From contig CAZIKA010000001.1 in the NCBI GenBank assembly GCA_964539705.1, forward strand, positions 1-44,688: a stretch of DNA of 44,688 bases, in the 5' to 3' direction. The stretch comes from an uncultured Prevotella sp. (GTDB lineage: Bacteria > Bacteroidota > Bacteroidia > Bacteroidales > Bacteroidaceae). Positions 17,118 through 27,135 of the stretch are shown piece after piece; positions within the stretch are counted from its first letter, which is position 1; the number at the start of each line of letters is the position of its first letter. The notes below the pieces were generated by a model. That model ran no database searches and was not told where the DNA came from. It worked only from the letters and a program-made list of their open reading frames with translations. A program made the position numbers and the translations under genes.

Positions 17118-18446
17118 TTATGCGAAACTAATGACGCCCTGCGGTGTCTCCGGCGGGTCTTGACGCGGTGCCTCGTTGACAACACCCTGATTGCCAATGC
17201 TGGCAAGAACTTCCTTTGTACGCTTATAGGTAGGTGTCTGCTCTACGGCTGAGATAACATCGTCGTTGTCGAGATCCTCAGGACCGAAGATAAAGATATT
17301 TGGACGGCGCTTATGAATCTTTGCCGTATCGGTGCCACCATAGAACTGACCGCGACGCTCCTCACGCTTAGCGGCACGTTCCTGCTCCTCGGCAAGGCGG
17401 TTAGCATCCTCTTTGGTCTGCTGGCGAAGCATACGCTCCTCCATACCGTCCACATTCTGCATACCGAAACCGGTAGCCAGGATGGTCACTTTGACACGTT
17501 TGCCCAGTTCGGGATCAACGGCAACACCCCATTTGAATACGAAGTCATTGCCGAAACGATCCATGAACTCGTGTACGTAGTTCATCTCCTCCATCATGAA
17601 GTTATCCTTAGAATCCTTCTGATGTGAGAACGAGATATTGAGCAGAATCTTCTTAGAATTGAAGATATCGTTATCGTTGAGCAACGGAGAGTTGAGGGCA
17701 TCATCGATAGCCTTCTTCACGCGATCCTCGCCCTCGCCGTAACCGGTTGACATGATAGCCACACCACCATCTTGGAGCACAGTCTTCACATCGTTGAAGT
17801 CGAGGTTCATGGTGCCATGAAGGGTGATAATCTCTGCGATAGACTTAGCTGCAACGCTAAGGGTGTCATCGGCCTTACCGAAAGCATCGAGGAACGACAG
17901 GTCGGGATAGATCTCACGCAGGCGTTCATTGTTGATTACGAGCAAGGCATCCACATGCTTCGACATCTCCTCCACACCATCGAGAGCCTGGTCAATCTTC
18001 TTGTTACCCTCAAAGCGGAAAGGAATAGTAACGATACCCACGGTAAGGATATCCATCTCCTTTGATACACGGGCAATGACAGGCGCAGCACCAGTACCGG
18101 TACCACCACCCATACCAGCCGTGATGAAAGCCATACGGGTGCCGTCGTTGAGCATATTATGAATGTCTTCAATGCTCTCTTCGGCAGCGGCACGTGCCTT
18201 TTCAGGACGGTTGCCAGCACCGAGTCCCTCGCTACCCAGTTGCAGCTTGACGGGCACAGGCGAGTCGTTCAACGCCTGGTTATCGGTATTACACACTACG
18301 AAGGTCACATCGTGGATACCTTCCTTATACATATGGTTAACAGCATTGCCGCCACCGCCGCCTACGCCGATGACCTTGATGATGCTGTGCTTCTCTTCGG
18401 GAACGCCGAAATCGAGTATCTCGTTTGTCTTATTGAAATCTTCCAT
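17118..18446 (-). CDS. ftsZ: Cell division protein FtsZ
   Basis: IKVIGVGGGGGNAVN, GMGGGTGTG tubulin signature, NLDFNDV. Confidence 0.98.
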   Translation of the reverse strand: MEDFNKTNEILDFGVPEEKHSIIKVIGVGGGGGNAVNHMYKEGIHDVTFVVCNTDNQALNDSPVPVKLQLGSEGLGAGNRPEKARAAAEESIEDIHNMLNDGTRMAFITAGMGGGTGTGAAPVIARVSKEMDILTVGIVTIPFRFEGNKKIDQALDGVEEMSKHVDALLVINNERLREIYPDLSFLDAFGKADDTLSVAAKSIAEIITLHGTMNLDFNDVKTVLQDGGVAIMSTGYGEGEDRVKKAIDDALNSPLLNDNDIFNSKKILLNISFSHQKDSKDNFMMEEMNYVHEFMDRFGNDFVFKWGVAVDPELGKRVKVTILATGFGMQNVDGMEERMLRQQTKEDANRLAEEQERAAKREERRGQFYGGTDTAKIHKRRPNIFIFGPEDLDNDDVISAVEQTPTYKRTKEVLASIGNQGVVNEAPRQDPPETPQGVISFA

Positions 18447-18493
18447 ATTCTTATTGTTTTTTATTATAAGGATTATAGGACATATAGGGAGGC

Positions 18494-19930
18494 CTACTCT
18501 TCAGGAGCAGCAAGGTTTTCAAGCCACTTCTTTGTCTTATTCCAAAAGCTCTTTTCCTTCTTCTGGCGACGCTCCTCTTCTTCCTCCAAGCGACGTTGTT
18601 CGGCCTCAGCAGCCTCAGCAGCCTCTTTCTTGCGGCGAGCCTCCTCAGCAGCCTTCTCCTCCTCGCTGGCCGTACGGATAGTGCCTGTCTCAATCTCATC
18701 AATCTGACGGGGACGACGATCAGCTACAGCTGGAGTCTGGTTCTGGTCATCAAACAGGTTGCCATTGGGATCGATATAGCCGCCCGCACAGTTCAGGTCG
18801 CCCTTGATGAGAAGTCCTAGCACAGTGTTGTACATACCATTTTGCTGACGTATCTGATCGTTGCTAGAGTTAATGGTCGTTGTAACAAACTTGGCGACAC
18901 GAATCTTCTCTATATGCGTGTATTTCTTAAACGCCACCTCGATATTCTTCATGTTAGAGCCACCACCGGTTAGGATGATGCCACCCAACAGTTTATCGTA
19001 GTATTCAGCAGGAATCTGATAGCGCACGTTCTCAATAATCTCTTCCATGCGAGCCTCCACAATCTCTATGAAACGGCGGCTCTCCATCTGACGCTCAGAA
19101 TCGATAGGATACTTCTTATCCGTATCGATATCATTATTGTCAGTATAGGCTGAAGCATAGGCAAGCTTCATCTTCTCGGCATCGCTCTCTTCCATCTGAA
19201 GCGAAGCTATATCCTTAGTGATATTGTTTGAACCTAGAGGAATCACAGCCAGATGACGCAGCACGTTCTTTGAGAAAACAGAGACCGTTGTGGTGTCGGC
19301 GCCAATGTCTACCAGAGCACAACCAGAACGCTTCTCGACTTCGGTAAGCACCACGTTAGCTAGAGCCAGAGGTGCCAGATACATATCGGCTACAGTAATA
19401 TTGGATGTCTCGAAACATTTGTTCAAGTTCTGAAAGAACGAGTTGCGTTCCAGGATATTCAGGAAGTTGCCTTCCAAACGATTGGCACGGATACCAACAG
19501 GATCCATCTGCAACTGTGTGTCAACACGATACTCCTGCTCGGCCACATCCAGAATCTTCTGGTCACCATAATCCATACCGCGGTTCATATCCATCAGTTC
19601 AACAACCATCTCCTGGGTGATGATAGAATCAGCAGGAAGGTCTTTGACAATAGAGTTTTTAACACTACGGATTGACTGTCCGCCAACGCCCACAAAAACT
19701 TGAGTGATACGGGTCTTCAGCTGAGTTTCAAGTTTCTTGATGATTGACGTCAGACACTGAGCCGTCTTGTCAATGTTGTAAACCACACCCTTACGGATGA
19801 ACGAGGACGAATCTTCCCTCACCAGCGCCAATACACTGATGCTGCCATCGGGTTTCTTCTGTCCGGCAATACCCGTCACCTTGGATGAACCGAGTTCAAT
19901 TGCAACGATAAAATCCTTATACTCTGCCAT
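18494..19930 (-). CDS. ftsA: Cell division protein FtsA
   Basis: AIELGSSKV, DIGADTT and ILTGGGS actin-like motifs; C-terminal amphipathic helix; position upstream of ftsZ. Confidence 0.95.
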   Translation of the reverse strand: MAEYKDFIVAIELGSSKVTGIAGQKKPDGSISVLALVREDSSSFIRKGVVYNIDKTAQCLTSIIKKLETQLKTRITQVFVGVGGQSIRSVKNSIVKDLPADSIITQEMVVELMDMNRGMDYGDQKILDVAEQEYRVDTQLQMDPVGIRANRLEGNFLNILERNSFFQNLNKCFETSNITVADMYLAPLALANVVLTEVEKRSGCALVDIGADTTTVSVFSKNVLRHLAVIPLGSNNITKDIASLQMEESDAEKMKLAYASAYTDNNDIDTDKKYPIDSERQMESRRFIEIVEARMEEIIENVRYQIPAEYYDKLLGGIILTGGGSNMKNIEVAFKKYTHIEKIRVAKFVTTTINSSNDQIRQQNGMYNTVLGLLIKGDLNCAGGYIDPNGNLFDDQNQTPAVADRRPRQIDEIETGTIRTASEEEKAAEEARRKKEAAEAAEAEQRRLEEEEERRQKKEKSFWNKTKKWLENLAAPEE

Positions 19931-19942
19931 ACTATATAGTTT

Positions 19943-20677
19943 TTATTTCCTTTTACAAATAATTTGATTATCAAACTCCACGCTGACACGTGAGTATTTA
20001 TTCCAACCGGCCTGCATCAGTCCATAGCGGTAGAACTTCTGCATACGGGAGAGTTTCTTCTCCACATTAGTGGGCTGACCCAAGTAGATAACATGACCAC
20101 CCACACGCGGCATCATCTCTATCGAGCCATCGTTAAGCACGTGATATTGAACCACTTGGTTTTTCCAAAATGGATCCTGCAGCACAATATTAGAAAGGGG
20201 AGCAAGCCATTTCTCAGCATAGGCTTTGGTGATTGCACCTGTGGCAATAATGAGATTGCACGAATAATCAGTACGTGGCATCGGCTTGCCATGACTATCC
20301 ACGTAATAGTCATCGCCATAGTCGCTCATAATACGGACCACAGGAATGCGCTGGCGCACGTCGATACACACCAGACCGTTCTGTCCCTTATAGCATTCGG
20401 CCGACTCAATCAGTTCCTTGCTTTCCAGCATTTCTTCCATGAGACGCAGGTTGATCTTCTCTATAGATTGTCCTATGGGGCTGATACCATCTTCGGTAAG
20501 CATGAACTTGATATCGTTGGGTGACAGGAATCCCTCTACGACCCCCTTTTCAATCGTGATACGGAGGTTGCGGCATACCTGAGATTCGTCAGGCTTATTA
20601 AAGGCTGTCATGGCTAATATAAGATAGCCCCCCAGCACAATATTAAATGCTCCAAATGCTATTTTCTTCCAATCCAT
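19943..20677 (-). CDS. ftsQ: Cell division protein FtsQ/DivIB
   Basis: N-terminal TM, VRQRIPVVRI, C-terminal FDNQIIC; lies between murC and ftsA. Confidence 0.85.
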   Translation of the reverse strand: MDWKKIAFGAFNIVLGGYLILAMTAFNKPDESQVCRNLRITIEKGVVEGFLSPNDIKFMLTEDGISPIGQSIEKINLRLMEEMLESKELIESAECYKGQNGLVCIDVRQRIPVVRIMSDYGDDYYVDSHGKPMPRTDYSCNLIIATGAITKAYAEKWLAPLSNIVLQDPFWKNQVVQYHVLNDGSIEMMPRVGGHVIYLGQPTNVEKKLSRMQKFYRYGLMQAGWNKYSRVSVEFDNQIICKRK

Positions 20678-20696
20678 CGACGTAATTATTACTTCT

Positions 20697-22094
20697 TTAC
20701 TTCTTGACCTTACCCTTCACACCTTTTCGCTGCAGCGCACTGGCTATCTGTGGTACCTGATTGTCTAAGTCGCCTGCACCAAGCACAATGAGCACGTCGA
20801 ACGAACGGCTTTTGACCAGTTTCATCACCTCGTCTTTCTGAATCATCTGCTTCTTAACACCAGGTGCTAAACGATCATAGATGAGCTGCGAGGTAACACC
20901 CTCGATAGGCTGTTCGCGCGCTGGATATATCTCTGTGAGAATCACCTCGTCCAACTGACTCAACGCATCGGCAAAATCCTGATAGAAATCACGGGTACGC
21001 GTATAGAGGTGCGGCTGGAAGATGGCTGTGATATGACGGTCCTTATAAAGTTCACGAATACTACGCGCACTCTGATAAATCTCCTTAGGGTGATGAGCAT
21101 AGTCAGAAAGGAACACAAGGTCATCGGTCTTAATCTTGAAGTCAAAACGACGATCAACACCTCCATAGGTACGCATACCGATACGCAACTCGTCGGCAGT
21201 ACACCCGTTCAACTGCGCCATAGCCATAGCAGCAATACCATTCTCTATATTAATAGGTATAGGCTGACCAAGCATCACATTCGTTACATTCTCTATAGGA
21301 GAGATGAAATCGAAGGTAATCTCACCATTCTCTATCTTAATATTCTCTGCATGGAAGTCGCCCTCATTGAGTGCATAGTCATAGCGATTCACACCAACCT
21401 GCAGGTTTTCCTTCATCTCTAGGTCGCGATGGATAATCAATGTGCCACCTGGCTGGATGAGTTCTGTATAGTGACAGAAGCTTTCAAGATAAGCCTCCTT
21501 GGTGCCATAGATATCCAGATGATCGGGATCGGTAGAGGTGATGACACTCATCCATGGGGAGAGCCAATGGAAAGAGCGGTCGAACTCATCGGCCTCGATG
21601 ACTACATATTCAGAATTTGAGACAATATAATTGGTACCATAGTTCTTCGTAATACCACCAAGGAAGGCATTACAATCAAGATGACTCTGGTGCATGATAT
21701 GAGCACACATGCTGGAAGTGGTGGTCTTGCCATGAGTTCCAGCCACGCAGAGACCTTTCATCTGACGGGTCAAGGTACCAAGCACCTGAGCACGCTTCTG
21801 TATCTCGAAGCCGTTCTCGCGGAAGAACAACAGTTCCTTATGTTCTGCGGGGATGGCGGGGGTGTAAACCACCAGACAATGCTTGGCATCCTTACAGGCA
21901 TGGGGAATTTCATTGACATTTTCCTCATAGTGAATCAAAGCGCCCTCTTTCTCCAACCTACGGGTCAGCTCTGAGGGGGTCTTATCGTAGCCTGCCACTA
22001 TCATGCCACGATGAATGAAATAGCGCACTAAAGCACTCATGCCGATGCCACCGGCACCAACGAAATATACTGCTTTTATATCCTTTATTTCCAT
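20697..22094 (-). CDS. murC: UDP-N-acetylmuramate--L-alanine ligase
   Basis: GAGGIGMSAL, AGTHGKTTT, EADEFDRSF, DYAHHP, FQPHLYTRT. Confidence 0.97.
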   Translation of the reverse strand: MEIKDIKAVYFVGAGGIGMSALVRYFIHRGMIVAGYDKTPSELTRRLEKEGALIHYEENVNEIPHACKDAKHCLVVYTPAIPAEHKELLFFRENGFEIQKRAQVLGTLTRQMKGLCVAGTHGKTTTSSMCAHIMHQSHLDCNAFLGGITKNYGTNYIVSNSEYVVIEADEFDRSFHWLSPWMSVITSTDPDHLDIYGTKEAYLESFCHYTELIQPGGTLIIHRDLEMKENLQVGVNRYDYALNEGDFHAENIKIENGEITFDFISPIENVTNVMLGQPIPINIENGIAAMAMAQLNGCTADELRIGMRTYGGVDRRFDFKIKTDDLVFLSDYAHHPKEIYQSARSIRELYKDRHITAIFQPHLYTRTRDFYQDFADALSQLDEVILTEIYPAREQPIEGVTSQLIYDRLAPGVKKQMIQKDEVMKLVKSRSFDVLIVLGAGDLDNQVPQIASALQRKGVKGKVKK

Positions 22095-22102
22095 TTTAAT
22101 AA

Positions 22103-23215
22103 TTATTCTATTCCTGCTAATTTCAGTACTTCTTTTGCTATGACACGTGCCGAATCGGGATAGCCCATCTTTGACACATTCTCACTTAATGACTTCAACT
22201 TGAACGAATCCTTCACCGTCTCAACAGCCAGGGAAATAAGCGTCTCGGGAGCCTCGCTATCCTTCACATAAAGGGCTGCACCCTTATTGACCAATGCCAT
22301 CGCATTCTTGGTCTGATGATCCTCGGCCACATTAGGACTGGGAACCAGGATAACGGGCTTACCAATAAGACAGAACTCCGAGATGCTACTGGCACCAGCA
22401 CGACTGATGACCAAGTCTGCAGCACGATAGGCAGCACCCATGTCGGCAATGAAATCGCTCACAACAAGGTTTTCCGGCTGCCCCTTTGCCTTCAACCGGG
22501 CAGCTATCTGCTCACTGTAGTACTTTCCCGTCTGCCAGATGAACTGCAGGCCCGACTCACGAATCTCATCAAGATGGGCAAGTACACTCTCGTTAATAGT
22601 ACGAGCGCCCAAACTTCCCCCCACTAAGAGGATTGTTTTCTTGTCGGGCTTCAGTCCATATGTTTCAAGGGCTTCTTCACGCGTCATCTTGGTATCAAGT
22701 AATGACCGACGAACGGGGTTGCCGGTCATCATAATTTTTTCCTTGGGGAAGAAACGCTCCATACCATCGTATGCTACGCAGATTTTCGCGGCCTTAGCCG
22801 CTAGTTTTTTATTTGCCAAACCAGCATAACCATTCTGTTCCTGTAACAGCGTAGGGATACCTAAGCTATTGGCAGCGCCAAGTGCAGCACTACTGGCATA
22901 ACCACCAACACCCACAGCCACCTGAGGCTGAAAGTCGCGAAGCAGTTTCTTAGCCATACGCTTGCTCTTCAGATAATCAAGTGCAACACCGATATTACCT
23001 GGTTTCCACAACGGACGAAGAAAACCACGAATGGGTAAGCCCACAATCTCGTAGCCAGCCTGTGGCACACGCTGCATTTCCATACGTCCCTCGGCACCGA
23101 CAAACAATATCTTGGCATCAGGACGCAATTCACAAATGGCATTGGCAATGGATACTGCGGGGAAGATATGTCCTCCTGTACCACCTCCGCTGATAACAAC
23201 TCTTAATTCGTTCAT
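22103..23215 (-). CDS. murG: Lipid II GlcNAc transferase MurG
   Basis: GGGTGGHIFP, GGYAS, GNPVR, GGSLGA, SRAGAS, DHQTKNA. Confidence 0.97.
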   Translation of the reverse strand: MNELRVVISGGGTGGHIFPAVSIANAICELRPDAKILFVGAEGRMEMQRVPQAGYEIVGLPIRGFLRPLWKPGNIGVALDYLKSKRMAKKLLRDFQPQVAVGVGGYASSAALGAANSLGIPTLLQEQNGYAGLANKKLAAKAAKICVAYDGMERFFPKEKIMMTGNPVRRSLLDTKMTREEALETYGLKPDKKTILLVGGSLGARTINESVLAHLDEIRESGLQFIWQTGKYYSEQIAARLKAKGQPENLVVSDFIADMGAAYRAADLVISRAGASSISEFCLIGKPVILVPSPNVAEDHQTKNAMALVNKGAALYVKDSEAPETLISLAVETVKDSFKLKSLSENVSKMGYPDSARVIAKEVLKLAGIE

Positions 23216-24489
23216 ACTTCTGCTGTTTTTACAGTCTGCTCCTTACGCTTCGCACTACGGCTGACGCTTAGGATTACACCAATATAGGCACAATTGACAA
23301 TGGTCGACGTGCCGCCTTTAGAGATGAGTGGCAGTGGCTGACCAGTAACAATACCGAAGTCAACAGCCACACACATATTAATAATGGCCTGGAACACAAG
23401 CAACAGCGTAAGTCCCATAACCAGAAATGCAGGAAAATTGTTCTCACACCGACTGGCAATACGGCCAGCACGGAATAGGAGAATGACATAGAGGAACACC
23501 ACGGCAATGGCGCCTATCAGTCCCAACTCTTCGATAATAATCGCATAGATAAAGTCGGAAAAAGCCTGCGGCAAATAATCACGCTCTACTGAGTTGCCAG
23601 GACCTTTACCAATAATCCCTGACGAAGCAATGGCAAAATTAGCATGGGTAACCTGGAAGTTCTTATCGGTTATCTTATACTCCTCAGCAGGTACATTCTT
23701 ATCCGACTTGCCCGCGATACGGTTTTTCCATGTCCAGAAACGGTGAGTCAGTTTCTCCCAACCAGAGCGGTCTTTTTTCTCTGCCGGTTTTTCTACCTGT
23801 TCAACCAATCCATCAGCCTGAGCCTGTTCTAAAGCCTGACCCTCTTTGTCGAGTTTAGCCAGCCAGAACACCAGTCCAAGGAACAAACCTACCAACAAAA
23901 CAAGCACGCCCATCAGCTTACCCATCTGCTTCAAAGGCACACGGGCAATAAACATCATTACAACAATGACGGCAAACAACAGACAAGCAGTGGAGAGATT
24001 CTCCAAACCAATGAGCAACGTAGCCGGTACCACCAACCACAGCACATACTTCATCGCTGTAGGATCGGCACCACTCTCATCCTCGCGCTGCATAGCACTC
24101 AATATCTGAGCAGCCGTGAGCACCATCGTTCCCTTGGCAATCTCTGAAGGTTGGAACGTGAAGCCCGGCAACTGAATAACGCGGTTGGCACCATTGATAC
24201 TCTCGCCACCGATGAGCACCCATAGCAGGGTGGCATAGGTAATAACCAACATCAATGGTGTGAGCAGTTTAAAATAACGGCACGGTATATTCAACGTGAT
24301 GATTGCCACCGCCACACCAACCAGAATCATGGCAGTGTGATAGATAAGCGGTGTCAGATAGTTATGGGTCTTGTAGGTCAGCGTGCTTGAGGCAGAGAAC
24401 ACCTCAACGATGCTGATCAGACAGAGGAAGAGGAACACGGTCCATATTCCTTTGTCACCCTTGAAGAGATTGCCAATTTTCTTTTCCAT
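23212..24489 (-). CDS. ftsW: SEDS family peptidoglycan polymerase FtsW
   Basis: FQPSEIAK, LPQAFSDFIYAIIIEELG, TGQPLPLISKGGTS; position in the dcw cluster. Confidence 0.92.
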   Translation of the reverse strand: MEKKIGNLFKGDKGIWTVFLFLCLISIVEVFSASSTLTYKTHNYLTPLIYHTAMILVGVAVAIITLNIPCRYFKLLTPLMLVITYATLLWVLIGGESINGANRVIQLPGFTFQPSEIAKGTMVLTAAQILSAMQREDESGADPTAMKYVLWLVVPATLLIGLENLSTACLLFAVIVVMMFIARVPLKQMGKLMGVLVLLVGLFLGLVFWLAKLDKEGQALEQAQADGLVEQVEKPAEKKDRSGWEKLTHRFWTWKNRIAGKSDKNVPAEEYKITDKNFQVTHANFAIASSGIIGKGPGNSVERDYLPQAFSDFIYAIIIEELGLIGAIAVVFLYVILLFRAGRIASRCENNFPAFLVMGLTLLLVFQAIINMCVAVDFGIVTGQPLPLISKGGTSTIVNCAYIGVILSVSRSAKRKEQTVKTAEV

Positions 24490-24491
24490 TC

Positions 24492-25823
24492 TTAGAGATT
24501 TCTTACCAGTTCCTTAAACTGTTCACCACGATCCTCCATGTTCTTAAAGAGATCGAACGAGGCACAACAGGGTGAGAGTAATACGGTCTCACCTGTCTTT
24601 GCCAGTTCATAGCAGGCTTCCACACACTCCTTCATCGAATGAGTATCGCGAACGGGCAAACCCAAAACATCGAAATTATCGTGTAACTTCTGATTGTCTG
24701 CACCGAGATATACCAGTGCCGAGCATTTCTCACGGATAAGTGGCTTGATGGGGTCATAGTCGTTACCCTTATCCTTGCCACCCACAATAAGCACCACCTT
24801 GGTCTTCATGGAGTCGAGGGCATACCAGCAGGCATCCACATTGGTAGCCTTTGAGTCGTTCACATAATGCACACCACGCACAGTAGCCACTTTCTCCAAG
24901 CGATGCTCCACACCAGGGAAGTCGCTAAGCGACTGACGGATTACGTCCTTACGGATACCTGCGATATCACCGGCAATACCTGCTGCCAGTGAGTTGTAGA
25001 TATTATGACGGCCTGTGAGACTGAGGTTCTCCTGCTCCATATTGAACGGCTCGGGCTGTTCAATGGTATATTCGCCCTCAGAGATATAACCGATAGAACC
25101 TTTCTCCTTCAGTTCAGAGAAAGGATATTGTACGGCCTTAATGTCATACTTCTTCAGTTCACGCTGGATGATTGGATCATCGTTCCAATAGATGAAGGCA
25201 TCGTCAGCGGTTTGGTTCTGAATGATACGCATCTTGGCATCAACATAGTTCTGCATCTCGAAATTGTAACGGTCGAGATGATCGGGCGTGATATTTAACA
25301 GGATGGCGATATTTGCACGGAACTGATACATATTGTCAAGTTGGAACGATGACAATTCTATGATATAGTAATCGTGCGGATCCTCTGCCACCTGTAGAGC
25401 CAACGAATGACCTATATTGCCTGCCAGACCAGCATCGTAGCCAGCTTTTTTGAATATATGGTATACAAGTGAGGTCGTAGTTGTCTTACCATTAGAACCC
25501 GTAATACAGATCATCTTCGAGTTAGTATAGCGACCGGCAAACTCAATCTCACTGATGATGCCGATTCCTTTCTCCACAGCCTTACGAACCATAGGAGCCG
25601 TCTCAGGGATACCAGGACTCTTGATAATCTCGTCAGCATTCAGAATCAGCGACTCGGTGTGCTGACCCTCTTCCCATGCTATCTGATGGTCGTCAAGCAT
25701 CTGCTTATAGTTTGGGGCTATCTTAGACATGTCGCTGACGAACACATCAAAGCCCTCTTTCTTTGCCAGCACGGCAGCTCCTGCACCGCTCTCGCCAGCT
25801 CCAAGAACAACGATTCTCTTCAT
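24492..25823 (-). CDS. murD: UDP-N-acetylmuramoyl-L-alanine--D-glutamate ligase
   Basis: GAGESG, ITGSNGKTTT, ELSSFQL, NDSKATN, LLSPCCASFD; start set at ATG 25823 (MKRIVVLG), overlapping the mraY stop (ATGA). Confidence 0.96.
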   Translation of the reverse strand: MKRIVVLGAGESGAGAAVLAKKEGFDVFVSDMSKIAPNYKQMLDDHQIAWEEGQHTESLILNADEIIKSPGIPETAPMVRKAVEKGIGIISEIEFAGRYTNSKMICITGSNGKTTTTSLVYHIFKKAGYDAGLAGNIGHSLALQVAEDPHDYYIIELSSFQLDNMYQFRANIAILLNITPDHLDRYNFEMQNYVDAKMRIIQNQTADDAFIYWNDDPIIQRELKKYDIKAVQYPFSELKEKGSIGYISEGEYTIEQPEPFNMEQENLSLTGRHNIYNSLAAGIAGDIAGIRKDVIRQSLSDFPGVEHRLEKVATVRGVHYVNDSKATNVDACWYALDSMKTKVVLIVGGKDKGNDYDPIKPLIREKCSALVYLGADNQKLHDNFDVLGLPVRDTHSMKECVEACYELAKTGETVLLSPCCASFDLFKNMEDRGEQFKELVRNL

Positions 25824-27094
25824 CGTATTTTCAATGTTATAATTGTCAATGCCGCCAGAATAATGGTAGTAATCCAAAAGCGGATAGTTATTTTCGACTC
25901 GTGGAAAGGACGGTGAGGCCATCCCTTCAGGATATAGCGCGACGTCTGGTCGAGCTGATGATCCAGTTTTCGGAAATTATCATGTATTGGTGTAGCACGG
26001 AACACACGTACACGCTGTCCCTTGCGCTTCATGAACTTGAACCACTGGGTCTGAATGATTACACTCAAACTCTCTACAAAGAAAATACCACAAAGGATGG
26101 GAAGTAGCAGTTCCTTATGGATAATCACGGCACCAACACCAATGATACCACCTATAGTCAAAGAACCTGTATCGCCCATGAATATTTGGGCAGGGAAGGC
26201 GTTATACCAAAGGAAACCAACCATAGCACCAACAAAAGCACTCAGGAAAACTACCAGTTCCTCACTATGTGGGATATACATAATATCGAAATAAGAAGCA
26301 AAACCGATGTGGGATGACACGTAAGCAAGAATGCCCAAGACGACACCAATGACAGCCGAGTTTCCAGCACACATACCATCCATGCCATCATTGAGATTGG
26401 CACCATTAGATACCGCTGTTACTACGAAGATTGTCATCAGCACAAAGAGAATCCAACCAGCTGCCACCTTGTGTTTGCCTACAAACGACATCACATCAGA
26501 ATAGCTCAGGTTATGATGTTTGCTAAACGGTACCGTGGTCTTCAATGACTTATGGGCTTGCGATTCATGCTTCACTATCTCCGTCTTGTTACTCTGTACA
26601 GGCTCACTGATATTCTCACGCATCACGACATCAGGACTCAGATAAAGCACTAGTCCAACGATAAATCCGATTGAGACCTGGCCAACTATTTTATACTTGC
26701 CTTTCAAGCCTTCCTTGTTTTGACGGAAGATTTTGATATAGTCGTCCATAAACCCAAGGAATCCGAGCCATACGGTAGTGATGACCATCAGAATCAGATA
26801 GACATTACGGATACGCCCCAGTAACAGAACGGGGACGAGGATACTGACAATAATGATAAGGCCGCCCATGGTTGGTACGCCTTTCTTCTCAACACCAAAT
26901 GGATCGATTGCAGGATCACGCTCCGTCTCAAAAATCTTACGACGCTTCATCCATTTAATAAAGAACTCACCAAACCATGCAGATATGACCAACGATAATA
27001 TCAAGGCCAACAATGCACGGAATGATATATAACTCCACAGGTGACTGCCTGGAATGTTGTATTGCTCTAAGAATCTAAACAGATAATATAGCAT
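25820..27094 (-). CDS. mraY: Phospho-N-acetylmuramoyl-pentapeptide transferase
   Basis: PTMGG, GFMDDYIK, SNGANLNDGMDG, FMGDTGSL, ESLSVIIQ. Confidence 0.96.
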   Translation of the reverse strand: MLYYLFRFLEQYNIPGSHLWSYISFRALLALILSLVISAWFGEFFIKWMKRRKIFETERDPAIDPFGVEKKGVPTMGGLIIIVSILVPVLLLGRIRNVYLILMVITTVWLGFLGFMDDYIKIFRQNKEGLKGKYKIVGQVSIGFIVGLVLYLSPDVVMRENISEPVQSNKTEIVKHESQAHKSLKTTVPFSKHHNLSYSDVMSFVGKHKVAAGWILFVLMTIFVVTAVSNGANLNDGMDGMCAGNSAVIGVVLGILAYVSSHIGFASYFDIMYIPHSEELVVFLSAFVGAMVGFLWYNAFPAQIFMGDTGSLTIGGIIGVGAVIIHKELLLPILCGIFFVESLSVIIQTQWFKFMKRKGQRVRVFRATPIHDNFRKLDHQLDQTSRYILKGWPHRPFHESKITIRFWITTIILAALTIITLKIR

Positions 27095-27135
27095 ATTCCT
27101 TTCGTTATTACGTTATTATATTGATTTTCCTTTTT

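Noticed and set aside
25824-25922. N-terminal extension of MurD
   Set aside because: Lies inside mraY; the conserved MurD start is at 25823.
27095-27135. Absence of murF between murE and mraY as a deletion
   Set aside because: murF is commonly outside the dcw cluster in Bacteroidota; no remnant seen.
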